Positions 12,263 to 27,861 are shown, counted from the first letter of the stretch. The stretch: DNA of 64,000 nucleotides from Eledone cirrhosa (GCA_964016885.1 OZ024743.1:270444001-270508000); one strand, 5' to 3'. Notes: generated from the letters alone by a model not told the origin. A program made the numbers and translations.

Positions 12263-13380
12263 TTGTGGGGGCAGCGGCGGTGGTGATGGTGGTGGTGGCG
12301 GTGGTGATGGTGGTAGTGGTGGTGGTGGCGGTGGTGGTTGTGGTAGTGGTGGCGGTGGCGGTGATAATGGTGGTGATGGTAGTGGTTGTGTTGGTTGTGG
12401 TGGTGATGGTGGTAGTGGTGCTATTGGTAATGGTAGCGGTGACTGCAGTGGTGGTGGTGATAGTAGTGGGTGTAGTGGTTGTGTTGGTGGTGGTGGTGTT
12501 GGTGTTGGTGCTGCTGCTGCTGCTGCTGCTGCTGTGGTGGTGGTGATATTAGTGGGTGTTGATGGTGGTGGTGGCGGTGGTGGTGGCTGTGGTGGTATTA
12601 GTGGGTGTAGTGGTTGTGGTGATGATGGTGGTAGTGGTGGTATTGGTAATGGTGGCGGTGGCTGTGGTGGTGGTGGTGGTGGTGGTGGTGGTGGTGGTAA
12701 TGGTGGTGATTGTTGTGGTGGTGGTGATTATGGTGGTGATGGTGGTGATAGTAATGTTGGTGATGGTGTTGGTTGTGGTTTTGGTGGTGGCGGTGGTAGT
12801 GATGGTGGTGGTTATGGGGGTAGTTGTGGTGGTAGGGGGTTCTGTTGGTGAAGGTGGTGGTGGTGGTGTTGTTGTTGGTGGTTCTGATGGTGCTGGCGGT
12901 GGCGGTACTGTTGCAGTTTGTGGTGGTGGTGGTGGTGGCGGCGGCGGCGGCAGCTGCGATGGTTGTAATGCTGTTGGTGTTGGTGGTTGGTGTGGTGCTC
13001 GTGGTGGTGGTGGTGGTTGGTGTGGTGCACGTGGTGGTGGTGGTGGTTGGTGTGGTGCTCGTGGTGGTGGTGGTGGTGGTTGATGTGGTGGTGGTGGTGG
13101 TGGTGGTGTTGGTAGCTGTGCTGATGTTGGTGATGGTGTAGGTGGTTCTGATGTTATTAGTGGTGGTGCTGGTGATGTCGGTAGATGTGATGGTGGTGGT
13201 GGTGGTGATGATTTGGTGTGACGGTGGCAGTACCGTTACGAGTGATGATGGAAGTGTGGTGGTGGTGGTAGTGGTGATGGTGGTGGTGGTGTTGATAGTA
13301 TTAAGTGTGGTGGTGGTGATGGTGTTGCTTCTGCTGGTTGATGTGATGGATGTCATAATGGTGAGTGTGTTGATGTTGTA
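12263..13380. repeat. Degenerate (GGT)n low-complexity tract
   Basis: Triplet-periodic GGT/GAT/GTT. Confidence 0.9.
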
Positions 13381-13649
13381 TGCGTATTGATGTTTAACTC
13401 TTTCCGCAACATGCTGACCTGTCATCAACGTTATTCCAGCCGTGACGATCCCGTCTTATTTTCAGACAACATATCTGGGACTATTATTGGAAGTTTTCTG
13501 CAGTGTTTAAGAGAATGGTGTCGTATTTGAGAGAGATTTGGCTGCTATTTCAGCAAGATGTCCCACCGTTTAGAGATATATTCTTCTTTTTTTTTCTTTC
13601 CGTTGTCGACTGGCATAGTTGCTGTAGTACAGTGATGGAGTTTGTAACG

Positions 13650-14100
13650 TCGAGTCGATAAAATAAAACACCAGTAATGCACTAGGGTCGATTTAATCGA
13701 CTTTCCCCTCTCCAAAAATTGCTGATTTTGGGCCTATTATATTTTAATTCTATATTTTTTCATTGTTAAATTGGTTTGTTATTGTGCATTTTCACTTATT
13801 CTGAAGTCCCACTATCCCTGCCTTTGTATTATTCCCTACATGTCGGCTCGTGTAGCCAATAAAGGATATTATTATTATTGTGTTTTGACAGAATTGGTAG
13901 AGCGTCAGACACCATGTTTTGCAGCATAGAGTTATGGGGCTTTACATTCTGAATTCAAATCCCGCCGAGGTTAGCTTTGCCTTTCATCCTTACGGGGTCG
14001 ATAAAATAAAGTACCAGTAACACACTGGGGTCGATTTAATCGACTTTCCCCTCCCCCCAAATTGCTGGCCTTATGCCTATAGTAGAAATCCTTATTATTA
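13650..14100 (+). mobile_element. SINE 3' half + Tx1-like LINE 3' stub (~13741-13878) + SINE (13885-14100)
   Basis: Stub TTTGTATTATTCCCTACATGTCGGCTCGTGTAGCCAATAAA matches the LINE 3' end at 17905-17947; SINE motifs on both sides. Confidence 0.75.
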
Positions 14101-14114
14101 TTAGTAGTAGTAGT

Positions 14115-17100
14115 CTCGGGACGTGGGAACCCCGAACGTAAAACCCACTACAAGACTTTTAAAGGGGTTGCCAAAAGAAACCCCACCAACTATGGAGGTC
14201 GAACCACCCGACCTTCACAAGAGCCCGGAAGGTAAGTAAACCTTTCCTCTCTCTCTTTTTAACCTGCCAACATGGCCGTATTAAGAGTAGGAAGTTTAAA
14301 TGTTCGAGGCCTGGGATCGTCCTGGAAGCAGGGTAACCTGCTCAACGACCTCAGGTCTCTAGAAATGGATGTAATTGCCGTCAGCGAGACCAAGATTTCC
14401 GACACACGCGCATTAGCCCCCATTTTTGACGACTATCAGATCTTCGCATCTGTTAGCCGGCCGGGAATGGGAGGCGGGGTGGCAGTGCTGTTTAGGAAAG
14501 GCCTGGATCTCGATTAAGGTCGATCTTCCGGGACCCGGACGGGAAGTTGGTGGTCCTGGACGTGAACAATAACGAAGGTGGTGCCTTTAGACTGGTGGCC
14601 GTCTATGCTCCTACTGGGGCAGGACGGCCGGACTTCTTTAGACGCCTGGAAGCCGTTCTGGATACGTCTCGCCCTTTACTGTTAGCGGGGGACTGGAACG
14701 GCATCTTAGACGCACGCTGGGACTGTGTGGGAGTATCCGATAGGAGCGGGGGGTGCAAAAGCCTCAAGAACCTGATCAGCCAGTTCCAACTGTCTGACAG
14801 GTACCGACTAGATTTCCCTAACGCGCCAGTGTGGACCTGGGCTAACCGCATAGGGTCATTTGATCGTATATAGACAGGATATTCATTAGGAAAATAGACA
14901 GAAATAGTGTAAGCTGTCCACGTTTTGAAACGGTCGCCTACTCAGATCACAAGTTTGTGATCTGTATGGTCGACCTAGATAAGACGCGTAGGTCCTAAGC
15001 TACTCGTCTTATCTAAGTCGACCATACTGGTTACTGGAAGCTAAACATGTCATTTCCGGCACGTAAGGCTTACAGGGACCAGGTCAACAATTTAGTCAAG
15101 AAAAAGTTGACAGGGGGAGTCGTCGACAATAGATGGTGGGGGGCTCTCAAAAGAGAGATTAGAGTAATGTCGATAGAGTTTAGCAAAGAAGTAGCATTAG
15201 AGAAAAATAGAAAGGAGGGGGAGTTGGTAGATAAGTTAGACGAGGCTATTGGTAGTGGCATTGCAACTGAGGTGCTAGCGGCGAGAATGGCATTAGACCA
15301 TTTCTTCAATGCAAAGCACGAAGGTTGCATTATCAGAGCTAAGGCGCGTGCTCTGAGAAACGAGGGAACCAAAGCTGTTCGATGGGCCCGCGTGGCAGAG
15401 GCGCAGCGTGGTAATAAAACCACAATTCGGTCTTTGACGAGCCGAGACGGACACGAGCTGAGCGATTCCAATAGGATGTGTGAGGCCTTTCGCCAACATT
15501 TTGCTCGGTTGTTCGGAGGAAGTGGTTGGTCAGAGATGGTGGCGGACTTCAGTCCCTACCTCGATAGATTGCCGCAACACTCGGCGGCTGACGCTGGGCG
15601 CTGCGAAAGGCCAATTACTTCAGGCGAGATTCAGGATGCCCTTGTCGGCTGCATGAGGCGAAAGTCACCCGCTTTGGATGGTCTGCCCTACGAGCTTTAC
15701 ATAAATATGCCAGACTTGTTCTCCAATCTCCTCGAAGCCCTCTACTGCAACTGGCAGCAAAACGGGAGTATTCCCAGTCGTGTGAGCCGGGGCGTAGTGA
15801 CGCTGATAAGGAAAGACGAGAACAAGAGGGACACATTAGACAATTTCAGGCCCATAACTCTGCTCAACACAGAGTTTAAGATTTTGACCAGTGTGTTAGC
15901 GAAGAGGTTGGCGCTTGTCGTCGGGGATTTGGTTGGGGAGGCGCAAACTTGCCCAATCCCAACCAGGTCCATACACGACAACCTACACCTAATGCCATAC
16001 ATCATAGAGAGGGTAGGGTGTAAACCTGGCTTCGGTGGGGCTCTGATCAATTTAGATCAATCGAAAGCATTCGATAGGGTCGACCATCGGTACCTGGAGG
16101 CTATCCTCAAGGCGGCTGGCTTCGGCCCCGTCTTCAGAAGCTGGATCGCTGCAATGCACAGCGGCACCTGCTCGATGGTCAAAATTAATGGCCACCTTTC
16201 GGAACCGTTTCAGGTCTCCTGATCGGTCCGTCAAGGGTGCCCTCTCTCCTCCCTTCTGTACGTATTGACTCTCGAGCCTTTACTGCGGAAGCTGGGGCTG
16301 TTGCAGGGCATCCCGCTCGAACCGGGACGCGAAAAGGCTGTGTCGGCTTATGCGGACGACGTGATCGTGTCGGACACCTCAGAAATCGAGGTGGTCGGCA
16401 ACTTATTGGAGGAACATGAAAGGTTGACGGGAGCAAAACTTAACCCGGAAAAGTCGGTGGGCTTGCAACTCGGCACCTGGAAAGGCAAGTCCATGCCGTC
16501 CAACAGCGTCGTTAGGCGCTGGACGGACGGACCGGTAAAGTTGCTAGGGGTTTGTTTCGGGCCAGACCTCCAGGTGGATAAGAATTGGGACGAGGTGACG
16601 GGCAGGGTAGCCAGTCTCACCCAGAAATGGGCTGGGATGAAGCTATCACTGAAAGGTCGGGCGGAGGTGGCGAACACGTACATCGCGTCCGTCATCTACT
16701 ATCGTCTGACCGTCGTCCCTTGCCTCCGTTCGCGCCTCGCCATCTTGGAGCGGCTCCTCTTCAAATTCTTGTGGAGGGACCAGGTTTCGCTGGTGAGGCG
16801 GTCCATCTGCTGCCAGCACCCTCTACGTGGAGGGCTAGGCATGTCGTTGTTAATGATGCGCAGGCACGCGCTGAGGCTGCGGCATCTCCAGATATTCTGC
16901 CTAAACGGTGAACAGGTGTGGTCGCCGTTTGTCAGACGGGCATTTCCGCAGCTCCTTTCTGTGACTGAGCTGCAGTCTTGGGTCGAGAAGAGACCGAGAC
17001 TGGGTGACTGGCATCTGGAATGTTGCCAGGCACTCACTGCCCTCTACCAGGCGGGCAATGCGGTCAGTGGAACTTCCACTCTCGAGTTCTATAGAGGATT

Positions 17101-17954
17101 AGCTCTGGGAGTCAACGAAGTCGAACTAACCAGTCTGTACCGGAGGACTTTCGAGCCGGGGACGATGGATAATTTCCAAAAATCCCTCGCTTGGCAGTGC
17201 TACCGGGGGGCACTGCCTGTTCGAGATAAACTCTACAGGCACGGAAGTGCTGTCAGACGGACCTGCTCGAGGTGCGCGCAGAGCGACGAAATCGTTCTGC
17301 ACGCACTCGTCCAGTGTCCGTGCATTACTGACTTGTGGAGTTATGTTGAACATCTGTTGTCGCGTGTAGAACGGATCCGGCTATCGGCCGAGTCTATAGT
17401 GAAGATCGACCCGCCGCCTTCTTTTGGCCAGGAAGGGCAGGCAATTTTCCTCTGTCTGGTGGCAGTAGCGAAAGAGGTTGTATGGTGGACGAGGTTGAAA
17501 GGACTGAAGACAGACACTTTTCTCTTCGGCCAATCCCTCATCAACTTTTTCAAGTTCCACTTGGAAAGGAAGATGAGGGTGGAGAGAGAAGTGCTGCCCC
17601 CAGTACATTTGCTGAAAGGTGGGTGAATGTGGCGAGAATGGCCCGTGTGAGTGGGCCTACTCTGGTCATGGGCTGTAGGTAGGTAAATTTGAGGAGGAGA
17701 GGGGTGCCCTTCCAGGGTGCTCTCGAAGCGTCGGGTCGTTCAGGATTGGTGGGGTACCTGAGCGAACCCTAGGTGGTCATCTCCCCCTATTGGGGAATTT
17801 GTTCTTGTTGTAATTTTATTGTTACTTTATTGTTACTTTGTTATTGTTACTTTGTTTATTCATATTGTTTACTCGATTTTTCTGTAAACCCCCACTGTCC
17901 CAGTCTTTTGTATTGTCCCCTATATGTCGGCCCTTGTGGCCAATAAATGAACTC
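14115..17954 (+). mobile_element. 5'-truncated Tx1-like (L1 clade) LINE
   Basis: Probable ORF1 end (...KSPEGK*), ORF2, 3' UTR with AATAAA; 21-bp flanking duplication ATTATTATTAGTAGTAGTAGT (14094-14114 / 17955-17975). Confidence 0.9.
14272..17682 (+). pseudogene. Disrupted ORF2: APE endonuclease, reverse transcriptase, zf-RVT
   Basis: SLNVRGL, SETK, VYAP, GDWN, SDH; RPITLLNTEFKIL, LDQSKAFDRVDH, RQGCPLSP, AYADD; CSRC...HALVQC; several stops and frameshifts. Confidence 0.92.
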
Positions 17955-17955
17955 A

Positions 17956-18026
17956 TTATTATTAGTAGTAGTAGTATTAGCAACATCATCATCATCATCA
18001 GCAGCAGTAGTAGTAGTAGTAGTAGC

Positions 18027-18092
<66 letters not shown>

Positions 18093-18730
18093 TCGGTAGA
18101 GGGCTGGTAGTGACTGCGGCAGCGACGATTGCGGTAGTGGCGATAGCGGCGGTGGTGATGTTAATGTTGGTGGAGGTGGTGGTGGGGGGGGGGGGGGGGT
18201 AAGTGACGTTGGCTTTGGTGATGATGTTGGCATTGTCGGTGGAGCAAACAGTGATCTTTGTGGTGGTGGCGGTGGTGGTTTTTGGTGATGGTGGCTTCGG
18301 TGATGGTGGTTGTGGTAGTTTGAGTGATGGTGCTGGTGGTGGTGGTGGTGGTGGTGGTGGTGCCAATGTCGATGGCGGCAGCAATGATGTTGTTGGTGAT
18401 GGTGATGGTCGTGATGGTAGTGGTGTAGGTGATTTTGGCTTTGGTGATGGTGGTTGTGCTGGTTTGGGTGATGGTATTGGTTGTAGCAATGTCGGGGGCG
18501 GCAGCAGTGATGTTGTTGGTGGTGGTGGTGGTGTGGTGGTAGTGGTAGTGGCGGTGGTGGTAGCGGTGATGGTGGTTTTGGTGATGGTGGCTTTGGTGAC
18601 GAGGGTTGTGGTGGTTTGGGTGATAGTGGTGGTGACGGTAGTGGCAATGTCGGTGGCAGCAGCAATGATGTTGTTGTTGGTGGTAATGATGTTAGTGGTG
18701 GTGGCGGTGGTATGTTTTGGTGGTTTGGTT
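17956..18730. repeat. (AGT)n and degenerate (GGT)n tract
   Basis: Direct inspection. Confidence 0.9.
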
Positions 18731-18939
18731 TTGGCTACAAAAGCAAACATTGTGTAGAGGAGAAAAACAAGCAAGGGAACAGCATGAAATGTAAAATTGA
18801 TGTTGGTCAGGTCAGAGTTGACACTTCATAGTAAAACCATTCTCTGCGACAAAGAAACGTTAATGCTGAGAATATATCACATCGTAGGTGAATCGTAGTC
18901 ACTGAACGTTGCTGAGTTGCACTACTTGCAAAGACAACG

Positions 18940-19074
<135 letters not shown>

Positions 19075-19238
19075 GGGTGAGTGAGAGAGAGACACTAACA
19101 CACTCACACACACACACACTCACACACACATTCACACACACAAACATACAGACATGCACGCATGTGCAAATTCAGACACACAGAAAGGCAAACTCTGGCA
19201 CACACATTACAAACTCATACATACGTATACAAATGTTG

Positions 19239-19269
<31 letters not shown>

Positions 19270-19357
19270 TGACATGCATATACATGTATATACATATATA
19301 TATATATATGTATGTATGTAGATATGTATACACATTCAAACGCACACACATACTTAC

Positions 19358-19413
<56 letters not shown>

Positions 19414-19420
<7 letters not shown>

Positions 19421-19437
19421 CAATTGTAAGTATTGGA

Positions 19438-19469
<32 letters not shown>

Positions 19470-19722
19470 TTACAATATATATATATATACATATTTACAA
19501 TATATATATACATATTTACAATATATATATACATATTTACAATATATATATACATATTTACAATATATATATATACATATTTACAATATATATATATATA
19601 CATATTTACAATATATATATATATACATATTTACAATATATATATATATATACATATTTACAATATATATATACATATTTACAATATATATATATACATA
19701 TTTACAATTGTAAGTATTGGAA
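19414..19722. repeat. ~20-bp minisatellite CATATTTACAA(TA)n, ~13 copies
   Basis: Bounded by direct repeat ATATTTACAATTGTAAGTATTGGAA. Confidence 0.85.
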
Positions 19723-20091
19723 AATTCAATGTTTCCCAGTAATTAGTAGTTTAATCTCGCGGGGAATAGTAATTCCGTTACTGACAATATAATTATATAG
19801 TTGTTACTCTACACACGTATTGAGTTCTCTTTCTCTGAGCTAGTCGTACTTAGTATACTATACTTACACTTACATATGTGTGTGTTTATGTGAGTGTGTG
19901 TGTCTGTATGCGCGCGCGCGCGCGTGTGTGTGTCTGTGTGTGGGTGTGTGTGTGTGTGCGTGTGATTAAGGTTAAATTCCGATGGGGCTCGGGAAAGACC
20001 CTAGTTAAAATAGTACTGAATACGTTGGTACAGAATAGGCAGCTTCATTTTATAAAGAAATTCCCAGTCGTTTCTATATACATTATACATA

Positions 20092-21030
<939 letters not shown>

Positions 21031-21133
21031 TATACATATATATATATAAATATATATAAATATATATATGTCTCTATGTTTGCGAAAAGTAAGCGACAAA
21101 AAAATAAACCAACCAATACAGTACAAGACACGG

Positions 21134-21171
<38 letters not shown>

Positions 21172-22078
21172 CGCGCCTGTGTATATATATATATATATGT
21201 GTGTATATTAGTTTAACGCTTGATATAGTAGGGAAAGAGTTTTAACGTTTCGTCCAGTGAAAAAGAGAGAAACTGTACACAAAGATTATACCTAATATAC
21301 AGTTTATAAATAATATTGAGCAACAAATACAATTGCAGTGACAGAGGTATAAACAAATTTAAAAGTTTTTCACACATCTACGGATGCAAAGCCTTGAATA
21401 TATCATCAGTGTTGTATCGTACTAAGTGTTTCGGGTCTTGCAATATAAACCTTCACCCAGGTTCCCCTCCGAACTTGATCAAACTCCAGTCTCTGTCCAA
21501 GTAGCTACATAACACTGACACCATCGATTACTTCTCTCCCGCCATAGCCCTCTAGATGCCTTCCCTGTTGCTTCCACGTTGTTCCTGGTGGTGCCTATCC
21601 TTCATGTTCTTGTAGTATATGATAAATCAATAGATTAATTAACATTTATCATTAGCATTTAACCGGTTTTATGTGCACGTGTGAAGTGACACTTTCTCAA
21701 TCGTAACACTGATATTCACGTTTCCCATTGTTCTTGTGGTTGAAATAAGAAATAAGCACAAGAGCAAGTTTACAAGCAAATACATCAAAATATGATTAGT
21801 GTTAAAATATCGAGATTTCATTGGTTGACTTTAAAAACGTTTGATTATGGTATACATTCTGAGAACACGTGATGTTATTTATTTTCGTACGAATTTAATT
21901 CTATTTTTCGTCCCTCTGAGGTTGATAAAATCCACACCAGACACAGTACAAAGGTTAAGATAAACAACGAAAACATTTATAGGTTTTTGTCCATGCAACG
22001 CCAGTAAAAAAGAAACCAAACCGAATATATATATATGCCCCAGCATGGCCTCAGCCGGATGGCTGAAACAGGTAAAAG

Positions 22079-22109
<31 letters not shown>

Positions 22110-22336
22110 TACTAGTAATAATGGAAAATATATCACTATAGCATTATAATTCATTTCTTTATATATATACTAATTTATAGTATACCCTCTTCAGACAAAG
22201 TACAATATTTGGTGTATAAAATGTATTACTATTATTATTATTCTAATACTCCAGATAAATGTAATTGTCGAGTGCTTCATATCTGTTATGGACATAACTC
22301 TGTTGAATACTTATCAACAAAGTCTACAACTCATTT

Positions 22337-22454
<118 letters not shown>

Positions 22455-22773
22455 TATTATTAAAAGTAGAGGGTCGACTGCGAGCTCTGCGGTCAGTCAT
22501 CTAATTTTACTAATATACCCACACTATATATTACCATGTATGGAGTACGTCTCTAAACTGAGGTTCGAGTACCGCAGACTATCAATATATATATATATAT
22601 ACATATTAATTTTAGGAATAAATAGTTCTCATTGATAACAACAGTATTTTTTGTGCAAAAGAATTTACATAGAGCTCAATAAAACTGAAAAAACAGCTTC
22701 AGTAAAATAGACATACTTGGAAATAAAATCAACTTACCTTCTGAAATGAATACACACGCACGCGCACACACAC

Positions 22774-22804
<31 letters not shown>

Positions 22805-23099
22805 AGCACACACACATACTCACATACATACATAATGCATACATACATACATACATACATTAATACACATACATACGCATACATACATGCACACATACAT
22901 ACATACACATACATACATACATGCACACATACATACATGTATATATACATACATTCACACACATACATATATACATACATACAAACATAGATACATATAT
23001 ACACACAGTCTATATTTTTCTTGGTACAATACTTGCTTATACATTATATACATATATATATTATATATATATATATACATATTATATATATATATATAT

Positions 23100-23173
<74 letters not shown>

Positions 23174-24582
23174 GTATGTATGTATGTATGTATAAGTACT
23201 TGACATAAAACTTATACATGGTTTTATGAGTTTCATGTTTTATAAATATATACTTGGTTATATGTTTATAAAAGCATACATGCATATATATATTACACCG
23301 TCCAAATATACCTTAATACACTTATAAACCTGCTGCTACATATATTTATATCTAACTATCATTATTCTCACCTGCATAGCTTAGCTTATGTGGTGCAGTA
23401 TACATGCATAGCTCAATGAGATAATAATGTCTATAAAATATGAAATTTTCAACAATAAATCTTGGTTATCCGGAGTTTGCTTGTCGAAAGCTTAGCAAGT
23501 TTCAATGAATGAACAGAGGCTAAGGCGAAAATATCATAGAATACGGTGGTCGTGGTGAAAACATCATACACAGTAGATTATAAAAATGATAACCTGGATG
23601 GACATTTGAGCAAGCAATACAATGCTATGAAACAGAATGCAATGTCGAAACTCTACAGGAAACTAAAAACTAAAAACAAACAAACAAACTAACTAACAAG
23701 AATATAAAGGGAAGGAAGAAAAATAGATATTGATGGAATTTTTCCAATAAAGTGAAATCAATAAATTATAAATATATAAAAAAACACACACAAACAAAAT
23801 AAAACCCAACAAATAAGCAAAGAAACAAACAAAAAGAAACAAATGAACAGTATTGGACATTGTTTTCGGACCTAGATAAGAAAATACCGCCATCACTCTT
23901 ACCTTACACCACAAAAAAATAAAGTGTAAAACATAAGAAAATGAAACGAAAATTGTATCAAAGTTACTTGTCCAGGCTTTCATAAATATTACATCAAACG
24001 TAGGGAGAAGGAATGTGAATATCTATGGTAAATCTATAGAACCAGTTTATAGGTTCAAGTTTTCATCTACAGCCAATGGTAGGGATGTTTGGATATATTG
24101 TCAAAACAGCTCAATAGTGAACAGGATTTTTTCCTTCTTAGCTTGTAAAATCATATAACGTGTCAACTGTGAGTTGATGGGATTTAAGCATGAGTGTATA
24201 TCTGAAATATAAAAACCATCAATATATTACTGCTATTATATTCTCTCATCTTATGGGGTGGGTTGGCAAAGTCGTTAGAGCGTCGGACACATATTTAGTA
24301 GTATCTGTTCCAGCTATTTTTTCCTTCCTAAAGGAGTCGTAAGGGCGCCTTATTGGCATACAGCGTTTCTAGGGCATTCTAAAACATGGTGGAGCCCTTC
24401 TTTTTTCCAGTTCTGAATACAGCAAATTTCTTCCAGGGAAGGATAGAGGTTGAGTGAATAGAGGTGAGATATCGAGGAAGAATCGACCCCAGTACTAGAC
24501 AGGTACTTTTTATCGATCGCGAATGAACGAAAAGCAAGGATTTGAACTCAGAAAGCAGAGAGCCGAAACAAACACCGTAAAG

Positions 24583-24792
24583 CAGGCATGTCAAACACGC
24601 GGCCCTTTACAAGCACACCTGCGGCCCGCTCAAAGGTTTTTACAGCGAGCATGTTTTATCTTCGTTATATCTTCGTTATATAAGATTTAAAAAATGAGTT
24701 GTAATGTGCGCAATTAGTTGTCGTGTGGGGCTCTCAGACAACACATATGTGACCCCCGTGGCCCTCAGGGGACCCTCAGTTTGAAATACCTG
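24583..24792. mobile_element. hAT-type MITE inserted in a minus-strand SINE (24470-24838)
   Basis: TIR CAGGCATGTCAAAC / GTTTGAAATACCTG; 8-bp TSD ccgtaaag / tcgtaaag; SINE sequence resumes on both sides. Confidence 0.8.
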
Positions 24793-25698
24793 TCGTAAAG
24801 CATTCTACCAGGCATTCTAACGACTCTGCCAATTCGCCTCCTTCCAGCTAGATACTTTCTGAATTGAAATATCGCCGTGGTCAACTTTACCTTTTATCCT
24901 TCTGGGAAAGATAAAAATAAAATACAAATCAAATACTGAGGTTGATTTGATTGACTTTTCTTTCCTTACATACTGCAGTTACTCTCATCTTAATTACCCC
25001 CAACCCTTAAGTACATATATGAACTCCTAAGTTAAGGGTAAATCTGTATTTACTTATCTAATTTATTTATGGAATATATCATGTAAATACAGTTTAGTAG
25101 AAAAAGAAAAAAAAGAAAAGAAAATTTAGATTGCGAAAAAAGAATGGAATGTTTGGGGATTTTCACCCAAGATTTACTTTTCATAATTAACAATAAACTA
25201 GAATATTAATTCAGGTGTGATACAAGGTTTTCCATCATCAGCTGCTTCCTTTTAGTATCAACCATACCTTGTGTTTGTGGGTGTGTGTGTGCGTATGGGT
25301 ATATGTGTATATGTGTGTATGTCTATATGTATGTGTTTGTGCATGTGTATATTTATATATATATAAGTGAGGGGGGGGTGTATGAGTATGTGTTTATATC
25401 TATATGTGTGTGTTTGTGCTTGTGTGTATGTGAATATATATATATGTGTGTGTGTGTGTGCGTGTGGTCTGTATATGCTCCAACTAGGTAAATGTATTTC
25501 ATACATTTGGTTTCCCCGTATTGTATCTGATCAAAGTCTGTGCTATACGACGCCGTGATTGTCATCAAGCCAATAGAGACATCTCATTGCATTGCTTGCC
25601 ACAATGATATTTCTCTAGAGAAGTTGCTACGTTCAATTTTCGTGGGTGGAGATCATATTAATGGTTATTTCAGTTTTTTACGATTATCATTAAAGTTA

Positions 25699-27287
25699 CT
25701 AGCAGAAAAACCACCGTTCGGTTGGTTTTCTGCTACCATGTGTAGTGTGTATATTGATATTATACGCAAGTGTATATACATGTAGATATGATATATCAAA
25801 TAAAATAGTAATTGGCAATAGATAACTAGACCTGAAAAATGCGCAAGCTCAAAGGAGCCACAGAATGTGTGAGACTAGAGTTGTTGCTAAAAAATATTGT
25901 AATCATTATCTATCGTACACTCTGTGGCATCCTTTTATAAAAAAGAGACTCATAACGAACTCAAGACGACGCGATAATTATTTAAGCTAATGTTCAATAT
26001 CTCATATTAGATGCTTAGTAATGATTAATACGAAATGCACTTAAACCGAATTCTATATAATAAATTCACTTAAATAATTATCGTGTCGTCTTGAGTTCGT
26101 TATGAGTCTCATTTTTATAAAAAGATGCCACAGATTGTACGATAGATAATGATTACAATATTTTTTAGCAACAACTCTAGTCCCACACTTTTGATGGTTT
26201 ATTATAACATTCTGTGGCTCTTTAAGCTTGCGCATTTTTCAGGTCTAGTTTAATATTTTTTTAAGGCAACGCTTGTAATAACTCTAGTTAAACATGATAT
26301 ATATTAATAATAAATTATCGTTGTAATGTAATTAGATTATATAATTGTTGTTTTATAAATGATCTTATAAATATTATTGTAAGATGTATAAAAACAATCA
26401 ATATTAAATAAATATATTTTACATAATAATTGTTATAGTTGAATTAATAAAAATTAAATATTACATACAAATAGTCTAACATAATAATATTAAAATAATC
26501 TAACATAAAACGAACAATAATATGGACAAATATACAAGTAAATATGATACAACCAATATTAAAAGCATGTTATAACGAACTGAAAAAAAAAATAGTTAAT
26601 ATAAATTTAAAAAATCCTATATAAATTAACAATATAACTTACCAAAACGAGAAAAATATTTTGATGATAAACGACGAAATACAGGAGGAAGATTCGAAAG
26701 CGAAACGATAAATAAACGTGCAAATAAAATGGCGGATGCTTTTGAGCAACAATTACTCTCGTTGGTTGATTAGCCAATGAAATTAGCCAATAAGACGATA
26801 CATTACAACACATGTTTGGCAGCGATCATCACCACGGCCAGCGACACCCCTTGAGTTCTATGCATATATGTCAGACACGCAGACTTAAAACATTCTGTTG
26901 TTAGTCACTGCGTGTCTAACAGATACATAAAAATTGAACGAAGAAAGTGTTACACTGTCACTGTCTTATTTATTCAGTAACGTAATCCATGATACATTAA
27001 AAAAGACGATAATATATATAAACTGCATTAGGAGAAAATTAGTGACAGAAAATTCGTATGTTTATTTAAGCGATGGCCAACCGGAAGTGTTGAAATTTCA
27101 GAAATTTTAAAGAAGTGAATCTTTAAATAAACAAAATATATTTAATCAACAGCCACGAAATTTAGTAAATAAATTATGTAATATTCATTCATTATTTATT
27201 CAAAGTAATCCAACTTATTTTACTAATGGGATAAAATAATTATAAACTGTACGCAGTCCCGCGCTCCTTATTTTATTATAGTTTAGA
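25699..27287 (-). mobile_element. Non-autonomous Helitron (family H2)
   Basis: Minus strand A|TCTAAACTATAATAAAATAAGG start; 3' hairpin GCAGAAAACCAACCGAACGGTGGTTTTTCTGC ending CTAG|T. Confidence 0.8.
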
Positions 27288-27361
27288 TTATATGTTGAGA
27301 AGGTGGTGAATTCGTCGAGTTGTTAAAACGTCGGGTACAATGTTTCCCAGCATTCGATCTG

Positions 27362-27790
27362 TTTCTTCTTCTTCTTCTTCTTCTTCTTCTTCTTCTTCTT
27401 CTTCTTCTTCTTCTTCTTCTTCTTCTTCAGCCACATATTCCTGAGAGGCTTGTGGGGTCAGAGTCCTCAAACATTCCTTCCAGCAAGTCCTGTCAGAAGT
27501 AACCGTCTCCAACTAGTCCCACTGATCCTCTAAGTATGACCAGCCAAGTGTTCGTGGACGTTATCCAACCATCTTGCTCGGGGTCTACCCCTGGGTTTGC
27601 TCCGGTTGGTTTTACCCGTCAAATCTGTCCAGCGATTCTTTCCTGAGACATTCTAGCCACATGTCCATAGTATCTGAGCTGTGATCTTTCAATTCGGAGA
27701 AGTAGCAGCTCTACCTGGAGTGACCCCGGATCTCCAAGTTACGCACTCTATCGAGTAACGTTACCCCAAAACCCTTCGGAGAAGCAATTC
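27362..27790 (-). mobile_element. RTE-clade LINE 3' fragment with (GAA)n tail
   Basis: Frameshifted translation LDRVRNLEI...RIERSQLRYYGHVARM...PRGRPRARWLD...SDRTCWK. Confidence 0.8.
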
Positions 27791-27810
27791 TTCAGCCCCT
27801 TGTACATATA

Positions 27811-27856
<46 letters not shown>

Positions 27857-27861
<5 letters not shown>

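Noticed and set aside
12156-13428. Gly-rich or Thr/His-rich structural protein ORFs (also 17856-18774 and 36276-37738)
   Set aside because: Frames switch composition at indels and several frames are open, as expected for degenerate GGT microsatellite
21460-21610. Possible RTE 3' remnant on the minus strand
   Set aside because: Too degenerate to translate convincingly
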